Below the pieces are notes generated by a model. It did not search any database. It saw nothing but the letters and a program-made list of their open reading frames with translations, and was not told where the DNA came from. A stretch of DNA of 64,000 nucleotides from an uncultured Gammaproteobacteria bacterium. Its GTDB lineage: Bacteria; Pseudomonadota; Gammaproteobacteria; SZUA-229. Positions within the stretch are counted from its first letter, which is position 1. Every line of letters starts with the position of its first letter. Shown piece after piece: positions 43,520 through 53,353 of this stretch. The translations under genes and the position numbers were made by a program. The stretch covers positions 83,022-147,021 of the forward strand of contig CAVQDO010000019.1 of assembly GCA_963711255.1 (NCBI GenBank), written 5' to 3'.

Positions 43520-44164
43520 CTACGCTGTCTTTGCGTGCGAATGAATCAGATACTTTTCAAGCATTGATTGCAGATCAATCGATTTCCGGCCAAGCGTATA
43601 ACAATCACGATCATTCAGTGTTTCTTCCAGGCTGCGTCGATTCATTTTTTTCTCAATCATTAAATCTCTTTTTTCAATCATGTCACACAATGTATCACTG
43701 TATAAATGCAACAGCACGGTCAACCAGTTACCAACAATATCATCGTCTGCACTAATCACCAGTTCTTTTAGCCTTGCTATAAAATCTTCTTTACTCAACC
43801 ATGAGCCATCGGTGACCCAGCGGTTAGTCATAAACCAGTCCTGTGGCTGACCTTCGCAATCAATACTTAAGCCTGCCACATGCGCCCAGTCCTGATTGCC
43901 AACATCAACAAACAGGTGAAAATGGCCGTATTCAGTTGTGCATCCTTCTTCTTTATCGTGGCTATGATAAAAAACTCGCCATTTGTTTTCTGCGAATAAC
44001 ATGCCATTCTCCGGGTAACGGCAATCAAATTCGAACTGCTTTACATCTGACAGAATTTTTAATACCACATTGCTCTTTAACGTGGCCATATGCCGCATTA
44101 ACAGATACAGTTTTGAGCACCAGTAAAATTTATATTCTGAAAAATTATGTGTATATTGAAACAT
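43520..44164 (-). CDS. Hypothetical His/Cys-rich protein
   Basis: ORF with conserved-looking HSHD...HFHLF motifs; no family recognised. Confidence 0.4.
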   Translation of the reverse strand: MFQYTHNFSEYKFYWCSKLYLLMRHMATLKSNVVLKILSDVKQFEFDCRYPENGMLFAENKWRVFYHSHDKEEGCTTEYGHFHLFVDVGNQDWAHVAGLSIDCEGQPQDWFMTNRWVTDGSWLSKEDFIARLKELVISADDDIVGNWLTVLLHLYSDTLCDMIEKRDLMIEKKMNRRSLEETLNDRDCYTLGRKSIDLQSMLEKYLIHSHAKTA

Positions 44165-44196
44165 TATAATGAACAGGGTGAACCCTGCCTCCCTGG

Positions 44197-44472
44197 TTAA
44201 GAGGGTTGATTACAATCACCGCTATCTTCAGCCGGTATTACTTCACCCTCATCAATAATTATTAAAACCCTTGATGCTGCCAGTTTCTTTCCGGGCACAA
44301 CCGTTTGCTCAAACGCGGCAGTCTTTTCCACCAGGCCGGTGGTCAGTCCAATGGGTTTTTCCAGAATAATATCGTTCATTATTTCGGCAACACCGACAGA
44401 AACCCCACTGACACAGAAGTGGCACTGCCGACGTAAACTTAAAATAGACAAACCTGACATATCACGCTCCAC
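44197..44472 (-). CDS. Hypothetical small protein, apparent operon partner of 43520..44164
   Basis: 91 aa ORF 32 bp upstream of the next gene on the same strand. Confidence 0.35.
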   Translation of the reverse strand: MERDMSGLSILSLRRQCHFCVSGVSVGVAEIMNDIILEKPIGLTTGLVEKTAAFEQTVVPGKKLAASRVLIIIDEGEVIPAEDSGDCNQPS

Positions 44473-45039
44473 GATCTTTACAATCCCTTATATAAGCAAC
44501 AGGAGTTAAAGATTAACAACCGCCTTCTTGTAAAATTCTGACGACAATTTTCTCAAATTTATGCCAGGCATCGTTATTTTCAACTTTAAGCTTTGTCGCG
44601 TTGCGTTAAGCCTCAAGTGCCAGAGATAATTTTCGTTTCCTGGTTAATTTATTACCCTTGCTCATACAGTATTCAACCGCGCTGCAACTCACTTTAAACT
44701 CAACAGCCTGCGTCACAGCCTTATAGAACGGCACTGTTATCGCTAACGCCACCATTATCGACAAACTTTTCTGGATGCCATGACCTGACCTCAATTCGTT
44801 ATATAAACCCTCATACAATTTTCATTTAGCAACACTATGAATTATTAAAGTTTGATATATATCAAAGATTGCACTTACTTACTCACAGGCTTTAATATTT
44901 CCTATACAAATCATGAATTTATACAGCAATTATTATGTTTTTATATTTATTTAATTGAATTTATACTTTATACAGCAGTCGGCCGATATACGTGCTACAA
45001 GATTAATATACGGTTAAAACATGAATCAGGATTTAAATA

Positions 45040-45969
45040 ATGAATAAAATCACTATCATAGGTGCCGGTCGAGTCGGCGAATCCACCGCACAGTTTATTG
45101 CTGCCAAGAACCTGTGCAGTGAAATTGTATTGCTTGATATTAATGAAGGCGCAGCAAAAGGCGCCGCCCTCGATATTCAGGAAGTATCACCACTTTTCCA
45201 CTACGATACTCGCCTGATCGGCGGGGTTGACCACGCATTGATGGCAGACTCTGAACTTATTATTATCACCGCCGGACTACCACGCAAACCCGGTATGTCA
45301 CGTTCCGATGTGCTGGCAAGTAACATTCCTATCATGGACGGCATTATTGATGGTGCAATGAAGTATGCGCCGAATGCTATCTTACTGTTTGTAACCAATC
45401 CGGTTGATGTCATCACTTACCATGCCTACATCAAAACCGGCTGGCCGAGAAACCGCGTTTTCGGCCAGGCAGGCGTACTTGACTCCAGCCGCATGGCCAG
45501 CTTTATCGCCATGGAAACCGGTTATTCAATCATGGACATTTATGCCATGGTTCTGGGCGGGCACGGTGATACCATGGTGCCTATGTTGCGTCACTGCACC
45601 ATAGCCGGCGTTCCGATTGAGAAATTTCTTTCTAAAGAAAAAATCGACTCTATTGTCGAACGTACCCGCAATGGTGGCGCTGAAATTCTCGCACTGCGAA
45701 AAAACAGCAGCGCTTATGATGCACCGGCAGCCTCTGTGGTTGATATGGTTGATGCCATCGTGCACAACCGCCACCGTATTCTGCCGACCGTGTGCTTACT
45801 CGAAGGCGAATACCAGCTTAACGATATCGCTATTGGCGTACCGGCCGTATTAGGACGAAACGGCATTGAAGACATTATCCAGCTGGACCTGAACGAAGAA
45901 GAAAAATCCATGCTCGATCACTCCGCTTCGCTGGTTATGGAAGATATTGATATGTTGAAAGCTATGTAA
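45040..45969 (+). CDS. mdh: Malate dehydrogenase (LDH-like type)
   Basis: KITIIGAGRVG Rossmann motif, catalytic His region (GGHGDTMVP), 309 aa. Confidence 0.9.
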   Translation: MNKITIIGAGRVGESTAQFIAAKNLCSEIVLLDINEGAAKGAALDIQEVSPLFHYDTRLIGGVDHALMADSELIIITAGLPRKPGMSRSDVLASNIPIMDGIIDGAMKYAPNAILLFVTNPVDVITYHAYIKTGWPRNRVFGQAGVLDSSRMASFIAMETGYSIMDIYAMVLGGHGDTMVPMLRHCTIAGVPIEKFLSKEKIDSIVERTRNGGAEILALRKNSSAYDAPAASVVDMVDAIVHNRHRILPTVCLLEGEYQLNDIAIGVPAVLGRNGIEDIIQLDLNEEEKSMLDHSASLVMEDIDMLKAM

Positions 45970-46062
45970 CCTGAACGCTGGTATTGCATTACCGGCAACA
46001 CATTAATTTCAGTTTTTCCGCTTACTGGTCTTTGTTTGCCTGCATAATTATGCGAACATTCA

Positions 46063-46461
46063 TTGACTACTCAATACACACTCAGTTACCTTAATGAGGC
46101 AGGCAAACTCCTGCGTTATAGCATGACTTCTAATACCAAAACTAATGATACCGACGTGTTACGTGCCAGTATCAACAGTGAAACTTCACAGATAGGCTGG
46201 AATGAATTACAGCGATTTTTCGCCGGTGGCTGGTTAATTTATGTCAGCAGTTCAACCAATCTGCTTGACGTTGCCGTGGCTTTTTCGCAGGATGATAAAG
46301 AACAGGTCAGTAAATGGTTAGCCGCCGGAACCGTCGCCAAAGTAACGGATGACCAGGCAAAATTATGGCACAAAGAAGAAAACCTTTTCTGGTCAACCGT
46401 AGTAAAACCCTGGGTACTTATTCAACCCATTACAAACACTGAAAACAATAATATACATTAA
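46063..46461 (+). CDS. DUF2288-like hypothetical protein
   Basis: 132 aa conserved-looking ORF; family assignment by recollection only. Confidence 0.4.
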   Translation: MTTQYTLSYLNEAGKLLRYSMTSNTKTNDTDVLRASINSETSQIGWNELQRFFAGGWLIYVSSSTNLLDVAVAFSQDDKEQVSKWLAAGTVAKVTDDQAKLWHKEENLFWSTVVKPWVLIQPITNTENNNIH

Positions 46462-46481
46462 TTTATCTGTGGGAATGGATC

Positions 46482-47651
46482 ATGAGTTTTATAGAAGAAT
46501 TTATTAAGAAAGAATCCTCTTCCGGCATTCTGTTAATTATTGTAACAATACTCGCACTGGCATTGAAGAACTCGATGTTTAGTGAAATATATGCTGCCTT
46601 CCTGAATACACCTGTCGAAGTTCGTTTTGGACAATTACAAATCGCAAAACCATTATTACTATGGATAAATGATGGCTTAATGGCCATTTTCTTTTTGCTT
46701 ATCGGCCTGGAAGTTAAGCGCGAATTTTTAGAAGGCCAGTTATCCACACCCAGTCAGTTGGCACTTCCCGGCATCGCTGCGATTGGCGGCATGGTTGTAC
46801 CGGCATTACTATATACCTACTTCAATATGGGTGATAAAGAAGCGATGCGTGGCTGGGCAATTCCAACAGCAACCGATATTGCCTTCGCATTAGGAATATT
46901 AGCACTGCTCGGAAAACGCGTACCCTTATCACTGAAAGTATTCCTCATGGCACTGGCAATCATTGATGACCTTGGTGCAATCGTCATCATTGCATTGTTT
47001 TATACAATAGAACTGTCAACCATGTCGATTGTCGTGTCAGCATCCGCTCTAACCGTGCTAATCATTATGAATCGCATGGGCGTTGCTAAAAAAGCCGCTT
47101 ATATAATCGTTGGCACAGTGCTATGGGTAAGCGTCCTGAAATCAGGCGTTCACGCCACCCTGGCTGGTGTTGCCCTGGCATTCACCATACCACTCACTGG
47201 CAAAAACGAACAGGGTGAGAGTTACTCACTGTCAAAAGCAATGGAACACGATCTTCATTACTGGGTTGCTTTTTTTATCCTGCCTTTGTTTGCTTTCGTC
47301 AATGCAGGCGTGGATTTACGCAACGTATCACTCGATCAAATGACCACCGGTGTACCTTTAGGTATTATGGCGGGACTATTTTTAGGCAAACAAATCGGCG
47401 TCTTCGGCTTTAGCTGGGTAGCGATAAAACTGGGCATCGCAAAAATCCCGAAAGATAGCAGCTGGCTACAGCTCTATGGTATTTCTGTTTTAACTGGCAT
47501 TGGTTTCACTATGAGCCTGTTTGTTGACTCGCTGGCATTTACCGATGTTGATATTTACCATTCAGCAGACAAACTTGCCGTATTAATCGCTTCATTCAGT
47601 GCCGGGCTTGCGGGCTATCTTATTTTACGTGCCGCCAAAAATAATAACTAA
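46482..47651 (+). CDS. nhaA: Na+/H+ antiporter NhaA
   Basis: 389 aa, NhaA signature region (IIDDLGAIVIIALFYT) and FFIL/LAGI helices. Confidence 0.9.
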   Translation: MSFIEEFIKKESSSGILLIIVTILALALKNSMFSEIYAAFLNTPVEVRFGQLQIAKPLLLWINDGLMAIFFLLIGLEVKREFLEGQLSTPSQLALPGIAAIGGMVVPALLYTYFNMGDKEAMRGWAIPTATDIAFALGILALLGKRVPLSLKVFLMALAIIDDLGAIVIIALFYTIELSTMSIVVSASALTVLIIMNRMGVAKKAAYIIVGTVLWVSVLKSGVHATLAGVALAFTIPLTGKNEQGESYSLSKAMEHDLHYWVAFFILPLFAFVNAGVDLRNVSLDQMTTGVPLGIMAGLFLGKQIGVFGFSWVAIKLGIAKIPKDSSWLQLYGISVLTGIGFTMSLFVDSLAFTDVDIYHSADKLAVLIASFSAGLAGYLILRAAKNNN

Positions 47652-47848
47652 TATTTCGTCATTAACAATTGTTTGTTTTCAGATACAATGCGCTACCTTA
47701 CACATTATCAAGTAATGTATTCTTTCTCGATATGGCGGTAGTTATTATATTTGTCCCGGGATTCACCTTGGCACTAACACTGGTGGCTTACCCGTATTTA
47801 TAGGTCATATTTTTCAATATCACGGACAGTGCTCAACTGGAATTTACA

Positions 47849-48382
47849 ATGCGATTTAAACACTATCTTTTCCCTGTCCTTACTTTTGCAGCAGTATTAA
47901 TCTCATCATGCGCAACACTGACCGATGACATTGAAATCGAAACGCATGCTGACCCTGAGGCTAATTTTAATGCTTATAGAACGTACGCATGGGCCGGCAG
48001 CACACAGGTGGTATTTGACCCCATCGGACAATGGGAGCAGCCAACGCTGGACACCGACGAAGAAGTCAGGTTTGTTATAAACAGAGAACTGCGCAAACGT
48101 AATTTTATCCCTGTCGACCAGGACCCGGATCTACTGGTTACATTTGCAGCAGGGATTGATGTAACGGCAATGGAAATTAAAGAAAAACCGAATAATGGTG
48201 AGACAATGCTCAGCAATGTACCAAAGGCCGCCTTGATTATCGCTCTTATTGATGCGGATACCGGCTATGCAGTCTGGCTAGGTTATGCAATGGGCAATGT
48301 ACAGGAGCAACAAACCATTGAAAACATTCGCACAAGAATTGATTTTGCTATAACGGAAATATTTAATTCTTACCAAAGGTAA
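47849..48382 (+). CDS. DUF4136 lipoprotein
   Basis: Lipobox LISSCA and the DUF4136-like ...YRTYAW... region. Confidence 0.55.
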   Translation: MRFKHYLFPVLTFAAVLISSCATLTDDIEIETHADPEANFNAYRTYAWAGSTQVVFDPIGQWEQPTLDTDEEVRFVINRELRKRNFIPVDQDPDLLVTFAAGIDVTAMEIKEKPNNGETMLSNVPKAALIIALIDADTGYAVWLGYAMGNVQEQQTIENIRTRIDFAITEIFNSYQR

Positions 48383-48423
48383 GTCATGACATATCAAAAT
48401 ATGGCGAAAAATCAATAGTTCTT

Positions 48424-48648
48424 CTATTCGTACTGTGTTTTTTCCTGGTTCCACCATACCGCGCCATCAATTAATTTCCCGCTGACATCAGCATCACGTC
48501 GAGGCACACCACTGCGGCAGTCTTCAGCACTGACATGAAGACGCACAGGATTTCGCCGTTCGCCACCATCTCGACGATCATGCCAGTGTTTACGGCGTTC
48601 AACTTCAGAAACGTTTGTAACGTTTACTTTTTTGGACATGCCCGACAC
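48424..48648 (-). CDS. Hypothetical small basic protein
   Basis: Strong GGAGG RBS 9 nt upstream of ATG; 74 aa, Arg-rich. Confidence 0.4.
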   Translation of the reverse strand: MSGMSKKVNVTNVSEVERRKHWHDRRDGGERRNPVRLHVSAEDCRSGVPRRDADVSGKLIDGAVWWNQEKTQYE

Positions 48649-48710
48649 CTCCGATGTACGCTGATATCCTGCAAGAAATAACTCTTACTATGAAGCGCTC
48701 ATACAATGTC

Positions 48711-48756
48711 GAAGTCAAGAAAAAAGCGATTGAAGTTTTTTATGCTTCAATCGCTT
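48711..48756 (-). terminator. Rho-independent terminator (minus strand) after the small gene 48813..48992
   Basis: 12-bp stem aagcgattgaag / cttcaatcgctt with a T-run on the minus strand. Confidence 0.6.
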
Positions 48757-48812
48757 CTAATATACACGCCAGCTGATATAACTGGCACGTATTAAACAGG
48801 CATTATTAAAAA

Positions 48813-48992
48813 TTAATGCTGTACTTCTTCTTTTTCCAGCGTTTCCAGACGATCATTTAAGATCATATAATCACCACCAGTCTGAAAACGTACAACAGAA
48901 AAACCATGATTGCTAACGCGTTTCACCTCAACAATCTGGCCAGTACTTGCAATTTTTGCTTGTCCACCCTTTTGTAGTCGTTTAACTTCCAT
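48813..48992 (-). CDS. Small conserved protein (59 aa), paralog of 61968..62174
   Basis: AAGGGGA RBS; protein MEVKRLQKGGQAKIASTGQIVEVKRVSNHGFSVVRFQTGGDYMI... shares GQIVE(L/V)KRVSNHG.S.V.F.TGGDY with the ORF at 61968..62174; not in the ORF track (below 60 aa). Confidence 0.5.
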   Translation of the reverse strand: MEVKRLQKGGQAKIASTGQIVEVKRVSNHGFSVVRFQTGGDYMILNDRLETLEKEEVQH

Positions 48993-49084
48993 AATCTTCC
49001 CCTTTATAATTATTGTTATCAGGTCTAGTTATAGCACACTTTTTATAATTATTTGATAAAAGCACTATAACGTCATGAATTTTA

Positions 49085-49288
49085 TCATTTAACGCGCACC
49101 AATGTCGATACCCAGGGCAGATTTATTGCCTTTTTCCCCAGACGAACACTTTTTCCAACCTCATTTTCGTACCAGCTGCAGTGCGACAAATTAGGCTCAA
49201 CCTGAAATCCCCACCAGGTTCCGTCTTTATCCTGCGCTATCCAGCACACCCAGGCTGGAAATTCGTTAAAATCAAAATCCGCATTCAT
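49085..49288 (-). CDS. Hypothetical small Trp-rich protein
   Basis: 67 aa ORF divergent from greB; weak RBS. Confidence 0.3.
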   Translation of the reverse strand: MNADFDFNEFPAWVCWIAQDKDGTWWGFQVEPNLSHCSWYENEVGKSVRLGKKAINLPWVSTLVRVK

Positions 49289-49313
49289 ACTAATCTACTT
49301 AATTAAAAATACA

Positions 49314-49835
49314 ATGGGAAGATACCGACCACCACAACCCGTGGGATCAAAATATATCACAGCCGGCGGGCATAAGCGCCTGACTGAAGAACTTGATTAC
49401 CTGTGGAAAAAAAAGCGCCCCGAAGTCACCCGCATTCTGTCTGAGGCGGCGGCAGAGGGGGACCGCTCAGAAAATGCTGAATATATTTATCGCAAAAAAG
49501 AGCTGCGTGAAATTGATGCACGGGTACGGTTTCTGCGTAAAAGACTGGATGACATGGTAATAGTAGACCGCATACCCAGTGAAACCGGCAAGGTTTTTTT
49601 TGGCGCCTGGGTAACCATCGAAAATGAAACGGGGGAGGAAAAAACCTACCGCGTCGTTGGCCCGGATGAATTTGACGCAAAACTGGGCTATATCAGTATG
49701 GACTCGCCCATGGGAAAAGCCCTATTAGGCAAATCGCTTGATGATGATTTCAGCATTAAGGTAGATACAAAAGATAGCCAGCTGAAACAAACGTACATTA
49801 TTAATGAAATCACTTACAAGAGCGATGAGGACTGA
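49314..49835 (+). CDS. greB: Transcription elongation factor GreB
   Basis: GreA/B coiled-coil and C-terminal domain motifs (GDRSENAEY, GKVFFGAWV, YISMDSPMGKALLGK); basic N-terminus; the true start may be GTG at 49341. Confidence 0.8.
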   Translation: MGRYRPPQPVGSKYITAGGHKRLTEELDYLWKKKRPEVTRILSEAAAEGDRSENAEYIYRKKELREIDARVRFLRKRLDDMVIVDRIPSETGKVFFGAWVTIENETGEEKTYRVVGPDEFDAKLGYISMDSPMGKALLGKSLDDDFSIKVDTKDSQLKQTYIINEITYKSDED

Positions 49836-49870
49836 TAATTACCAGAAATGTGGATTATTTCTCGCATAAA

Positions 49871-49896
49871 AAAACCCTCATGAAGAGGGTTTTTTG
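49871..49896 (+). terminator. Rho-independent terminator of greB
   Basis: aaaaccctc-atgaa-gagggtttttt. Confidence 0.7.
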
Positions 49897-49971
49897 TTTA
49901 CAACCAGTGATACACGGTTCGGCTATGCACGGCCGATGCATGCAGAGCACCGGACCGAACTTACCCTACTA

Positions 49972-50403
49972 CTAGTAGCCGTATTGTTGGCGTGGAGCGT
50001 AGTATCCTGGTGGTGGACCGTATGGAGATGGTGCATTATTCGCCGGTGCGTTATTTGCAGGTGCTTGTTGCGCGGGTGCTTGTTGTGCAGGCGCAGGTGC
50101 ATAACCCTGAGGTGGCGCGTAATAACCTGGAGGCGGACCGTACCCTGGACCTGGGCCATAGCCATACCCTGGACCTGGACCATAACCGTAACCCGGGCCA
50201 GGACCGTAACCATAACCTGGACCATAGTAATCATCGTCATCATCAAACGCATCTTCCATTTCTTCCATCCAGTAACGTGGATCCCATTCGTCATAAGGGT
50301 TCCAGTCATTACCGCCCCAGCTGTCATTACCAAAGAATGCATAGCTGCTTGTTGCCGTTAGCAATAAACTCATTGCTATCGCTAATCGTACGATTGCTCT
50401 CAT
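49972..50403 (-). CDS. Secreted low-complexity Gly/Pro/Tyr-rich repeat protein
   Basis: Signal peptide MRAIVRLAIAMSLLLTATSSYA with a GGAGA RBS, then GYGYGPGPGY repeats and APAQQAPANNAP repeats; the DNA repeats create ORFs on both strands. Confidence 0.55.
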   Translation of the reverse strand: MRAIVRLAIAMSLLLTATSSYAFFGNDSWGGNDWNPYDEWDPRYWMEEMEDAFDDDDDYYGPGYGYGPGPGYGYGPGPGYGYGPGPGYGPPPGYYAPPQGYAPAPAQQAPAQQAPANNAPANNAPSPYGPPPGYYAPRQQYGY

Positions 50404-50595
50404 TATCTTCTCCATCATCAGGAATAATTGTTCTACCGCTGTCATTCTAAGACAGCACCCACCTTGCTTAAATGATCTGCGTCAATATTCCGCATTTCTT
50501 CATTAAGTTTAAAATTGCAACGTTTTCAACGACAACCACAAGGACGTGTATCGTTTATTTCTTTTTTTCCATGCTATCCAGAGCATCACCAAGAT

Positions 50596-50943
50596 TCACT
50601 GATTAATATTTTCATCGATGAAATCACGAATAAATGATAAGGACTTGGCACCACTAAAACGGGCTACTTCTTCGCCGTTATTAATCAGCAATATGGTCGG
50701 GAACCCTCTCACCTGGTATCGACCAGCCAGCTTCATGTTTTCACCCTCATCAACTTCCACCTTTGCCAGCTTTATTCCGCCTTCAAATTCTTCCACCAGC
50801 TGTTTTAATACTGGCGCAATAACCAGGCAGGGTGAACACCATTCAGCCCACAGGTCTACCAGCACGGGCGTATCATGCGAAGCAGTTAGCACCTGCTCTT
50901 CATACGCGCCGAGGTCCACATCAAAAATCCAGTCTTTACTCAT
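50596..50943 (-). CDS. Thioredoxin-family protein with atypical CSPC active site
   Basis: WAEWCSPCLVIAP active site in a thioredoxin fold of 115 aa. Confidence 0.75.
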   Translation of the reverse strand: MSKDWIFDVDLGAYEEQVLTASHDTPVLVDLWAEWCSPCLVIAPVLKQLVEEFEGGIKLAKVEVDEGENMKLAGRYQVRGFPTILLINNGEEVARFSGAKSLSFIRDFIDENINQ

Positions 50944-51034
50944 TATTACTCTAATTCAGCCAGTTTCAAATGCCGTGTATTATACATCGTGCTTTTCATT
51001 TCACGTTATAATAAGCGGCCATTAATATACGTTT

Positions 51035-51325
51035 TTGAGACCACTTATGAGTTCTATCACTATCGAACACCATGTCACCCCCGCAAAGCTGGACGTTTTA
51101 TACGTTGACGACTGGCCGACCTGGTCAAAAGGGGTTTCAGAGTTTGACTGGAGTTACGACAAAAAAGAAACTTGCTACATTATTGAGGGCAAAGCCATTA
51201 TCACGCCGGAAAATGAAGAACCGATAACGATTCAGGAAGGTGATATGGTATTTTTTCCGAAAGGCATGAAGTGCACATGGAAAATTATTGAGCCCATTGA
51301 AAAACACTACATTATCGAAGATTAG
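51035..51325 (+). CDS. Small cupin-domain protein (DUF861/EutQ-like)
   Basis: 96 aa with a cupin-like beta-strand pattern (TCYIIEGKAIIT...GDMVFFPKGMKCTWKI). Confidence 0.5.
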   Translation: MRPLMSSITIEHHVTPAKLDVLYVDDWPTWSKGVSEFDWSYDKKETCYIIEGKAIITPENEEPITIQEGDMVFFPKGMKCTWKIIEPIEKHYIIED

Positions 51326-51339
51326 GCAGGATATTAATT

Positions 51340-51525
51340 ATGGAACTATGGCAGCAGCTATTAGCAGGCGCGATCGGACTTTTTGTGCTTTTCATGTTTT
51401 TCCCCGGCATTAAAGCCACCATGGAAAAAAGCCGCAATGCAGAAGAAAAACACTGGGGAACACTGGCGTTACTGGCGATCGTTTTAATCGCGTTTGTCAT
51501 GCTGATGATTTACTCAGTGCAATAA
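51340..51525 (+). CDS. Small membrane protein
   Basis: 61 aa with two hydrophobic helices. Confidence 0.35.
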   Translation: MELWQQLLAGAIGLFVLFMFFPGIKATMEKSRNAEEKHWGTLALLAIVLIAFVMLMIYSVQ

Positions 51526-51542
51526 TTAACCCGGATATATTG

Positions 51543-52430
51543 TTACAGACTAAATCGTTTGAAATAACTCAAGCGTACCGTTAGGCCTTCATACTGCAAA
51601 TCAACATCAGATGCTTCTGATTCAAGATAGCGCGCAGACAGATCAAGCGAACTATGCAAATCCTGCACCCAGTTATAACCCAAAGTCACAAACTGGATAG
51701 TGGCATCAAGCTTGTAGGTTTGCTTATCAATAAAAACATCATCGTTCACAATATCAGGAAAAGATGCATCAATAACTTCAACACTTACATTGGAAGAGGA
51801 AGAAAAGGTATCTCCCTTCTGGATTTTATAAGTGGCGTATAGTATGTGTTTTTTAACCACTTCCCAGTCCAGGTTAAAAAAGAAAGAGCTATTCTGAGTA
51901 TCAAAAACCCGGCTTTCAGCATCACGATCCTGAAATGAAAAACCAAGACGCATACTGGTGGCATCATCAATCTGCATACCCATAGTCGCTGTTGCCCTGG
52001 CAACATTACTGTCACGCAAAAACGATTCAAACTCAATGACGCCGTATTCGGCATCAAGTGCAAACCAGGGCGCGCCGAAACCGCTGCCAAAACCAAAGGT
52101 GTAGTTTAATTTACCCGAAGCAACCAGGTTACTTAAACCATCGAAGCGCGAAAATTTATTGGCTTCCAGCAATACCTTTGCCACCAGCAGACCCGAGCGG
52201 CCTTCGAGTAACTCGTATCCACCTGTACCCGCCAGTGTTAAAAATCCATCATGCTCGATATCAACATTGGCGGCGGCACGAGTCACATTATCATCCAGAC
52301 CCAGCGTTGCCTCAAAATCAACAAAAGCTTCAGAACCGGCATGCGCCGTACCGAAAATCATAAATAACCCTGAAACTACAAAGGCTTTTGTACTTTTTGA
52401 GCGCCTGGCCATTGCTATATTTTTATCCAT
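51543..52430 (-). CDS. Putative outer-membrane beta-barrel protein
   Basis: Signal peptide ending AHA, amphipathic beta-strand pattern, C-terminal aromatic residue. Confidence 0.5.
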   Translation of the reverse strand: MDKNIAMARRSKSTKAFVVSGLFMIFGTAHAGSEAFVDFEATLGLDDNVTRAAANVDIEHDGFLTLAGTGGYELLEGRSGLLVAKVLLEANKFSRFDGLSNLVASGKLNYTFGFGSGFGAPWFALDAEYGVIEFESFLRDSNVARATATMGMQIDDATSMRLGFSFQDRDAESRVFDTQNSSFFFNLDWEVVKKHILYATYKIQKGDTFSSSSNVSVEVIDASFPDIVNDDVFIDKQTYKLDATIQFVTLGYNWVQDLHSSLDLSARYLESEASDVDLQYEGLTVRLSYFKRFSL

Positions 52431-52621
52431 TTATTTTGTTATACCTTTATACTCTAGCCTGTATTATGTGGACGGTATCACAAGTTCATAAAATTACAGA
52501 GAATACCATAGCAAAAATGTTAGCTAAATCACACCTTAAATAACGATTCGGTACATTTTTTAGCTATTATTAGAAGCAAGACAAGTTCAGGCATACATGC
52601 TGTAACCAGGAGCAATATACT

Positions 52622-53353
52622 ATGCGTCGTACACCTAAAGAAGAAATTGATGATCCACGTAGAGAATTATTAGTCAAAGCACTATCTACCGGAATGTTTG
52701 TTGCTGGCGGCAGTGCCGGGATATTACAACCCGTACATGCCATGGGAAAAATCCCAAAAGTACTTGAGCCCGGAAAATCAATTTATGACATGCGCGGCAA
52801 CGTCACTGTCAGCGGCAAAAAAGCCGATGAGAACACACTAATCACTAGCAGTGACACTGTGGTAACCGGACGACGCAGTCACGTAGTCTTTGCGGTAGGT
52901 AAAGACGCCTTTGTATTACGTAGCAATAGCCAGCTTGAACTTAGTGGTTCTGGCATGCTGATAAATACCCTGCGACTTGTCACCGGCAAACTGCTTTCGG
53001 TATTTGGCAAAACCACACACAAAATCAATACACCAAACGCAACGATTGGTATTCGCGGAACTGGCGTTTATACCGAAGCGGAACCTGATCAAACCTATAT
53101 CTGCACCTGCTATGGTGTTGTCGACCTGTTTGCCAATAATGATAAGAGCAGCACAGAAACGATTACCTCACTGCATCACGATGCGCCACGGTATATCCTT
53201 TCTAACGAGGCCAGTGGCAGAAACATTCGAGAAGCACCTTTTATTAACCATACCGACCTTGAATTGCAGGTTATCGAAGAGCTCGTTGGTCGCGAACCAC
53301 CATTTACAATGGCAGGCGGCGGATATTCAGCACCGCGACGCACTGATTACTGA
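52622..53353 (+). CDS. Tat-exported FecR-domain-like protein
   Basis: Twin-arginine signal (RRELLVKALSTGMFVAGGSAG); the central region resembles the FecR/DUF4880 beta-sandwich. Confidence 0.45.
   Translation: MRRTPKEEIDDPRRELLVKALSTGMFVAGGSAGILQPVHAMGKIPKVLEPGKSIYDMRGNVTVSGKKADENTLITSSDTVVTGRRSHVVFAVGKDAFVLRSNSQLELSGSGMLINTLRLVTGKLLSVFGKTTHKINTPNATIGIRGTGVYTEAEPDQTYICTCYGVVDLFANNDKSSTETITSLHHDAPRYILSNEASGRNIREAPFINHTDLELQVIEELVGREPPFTMAGGGYSAPRRTDY

Noticed and set aside
49894-50450. Long plus-strand ORFs (49894..50361, 49992..50450) and an alternative minus ORF (49923..50342) over the GPY-repeat gene
   Set aside because: They are artefacts of the GC-rich tandem repeat. Only the minus-strand frame has a signal peptide and RBS.
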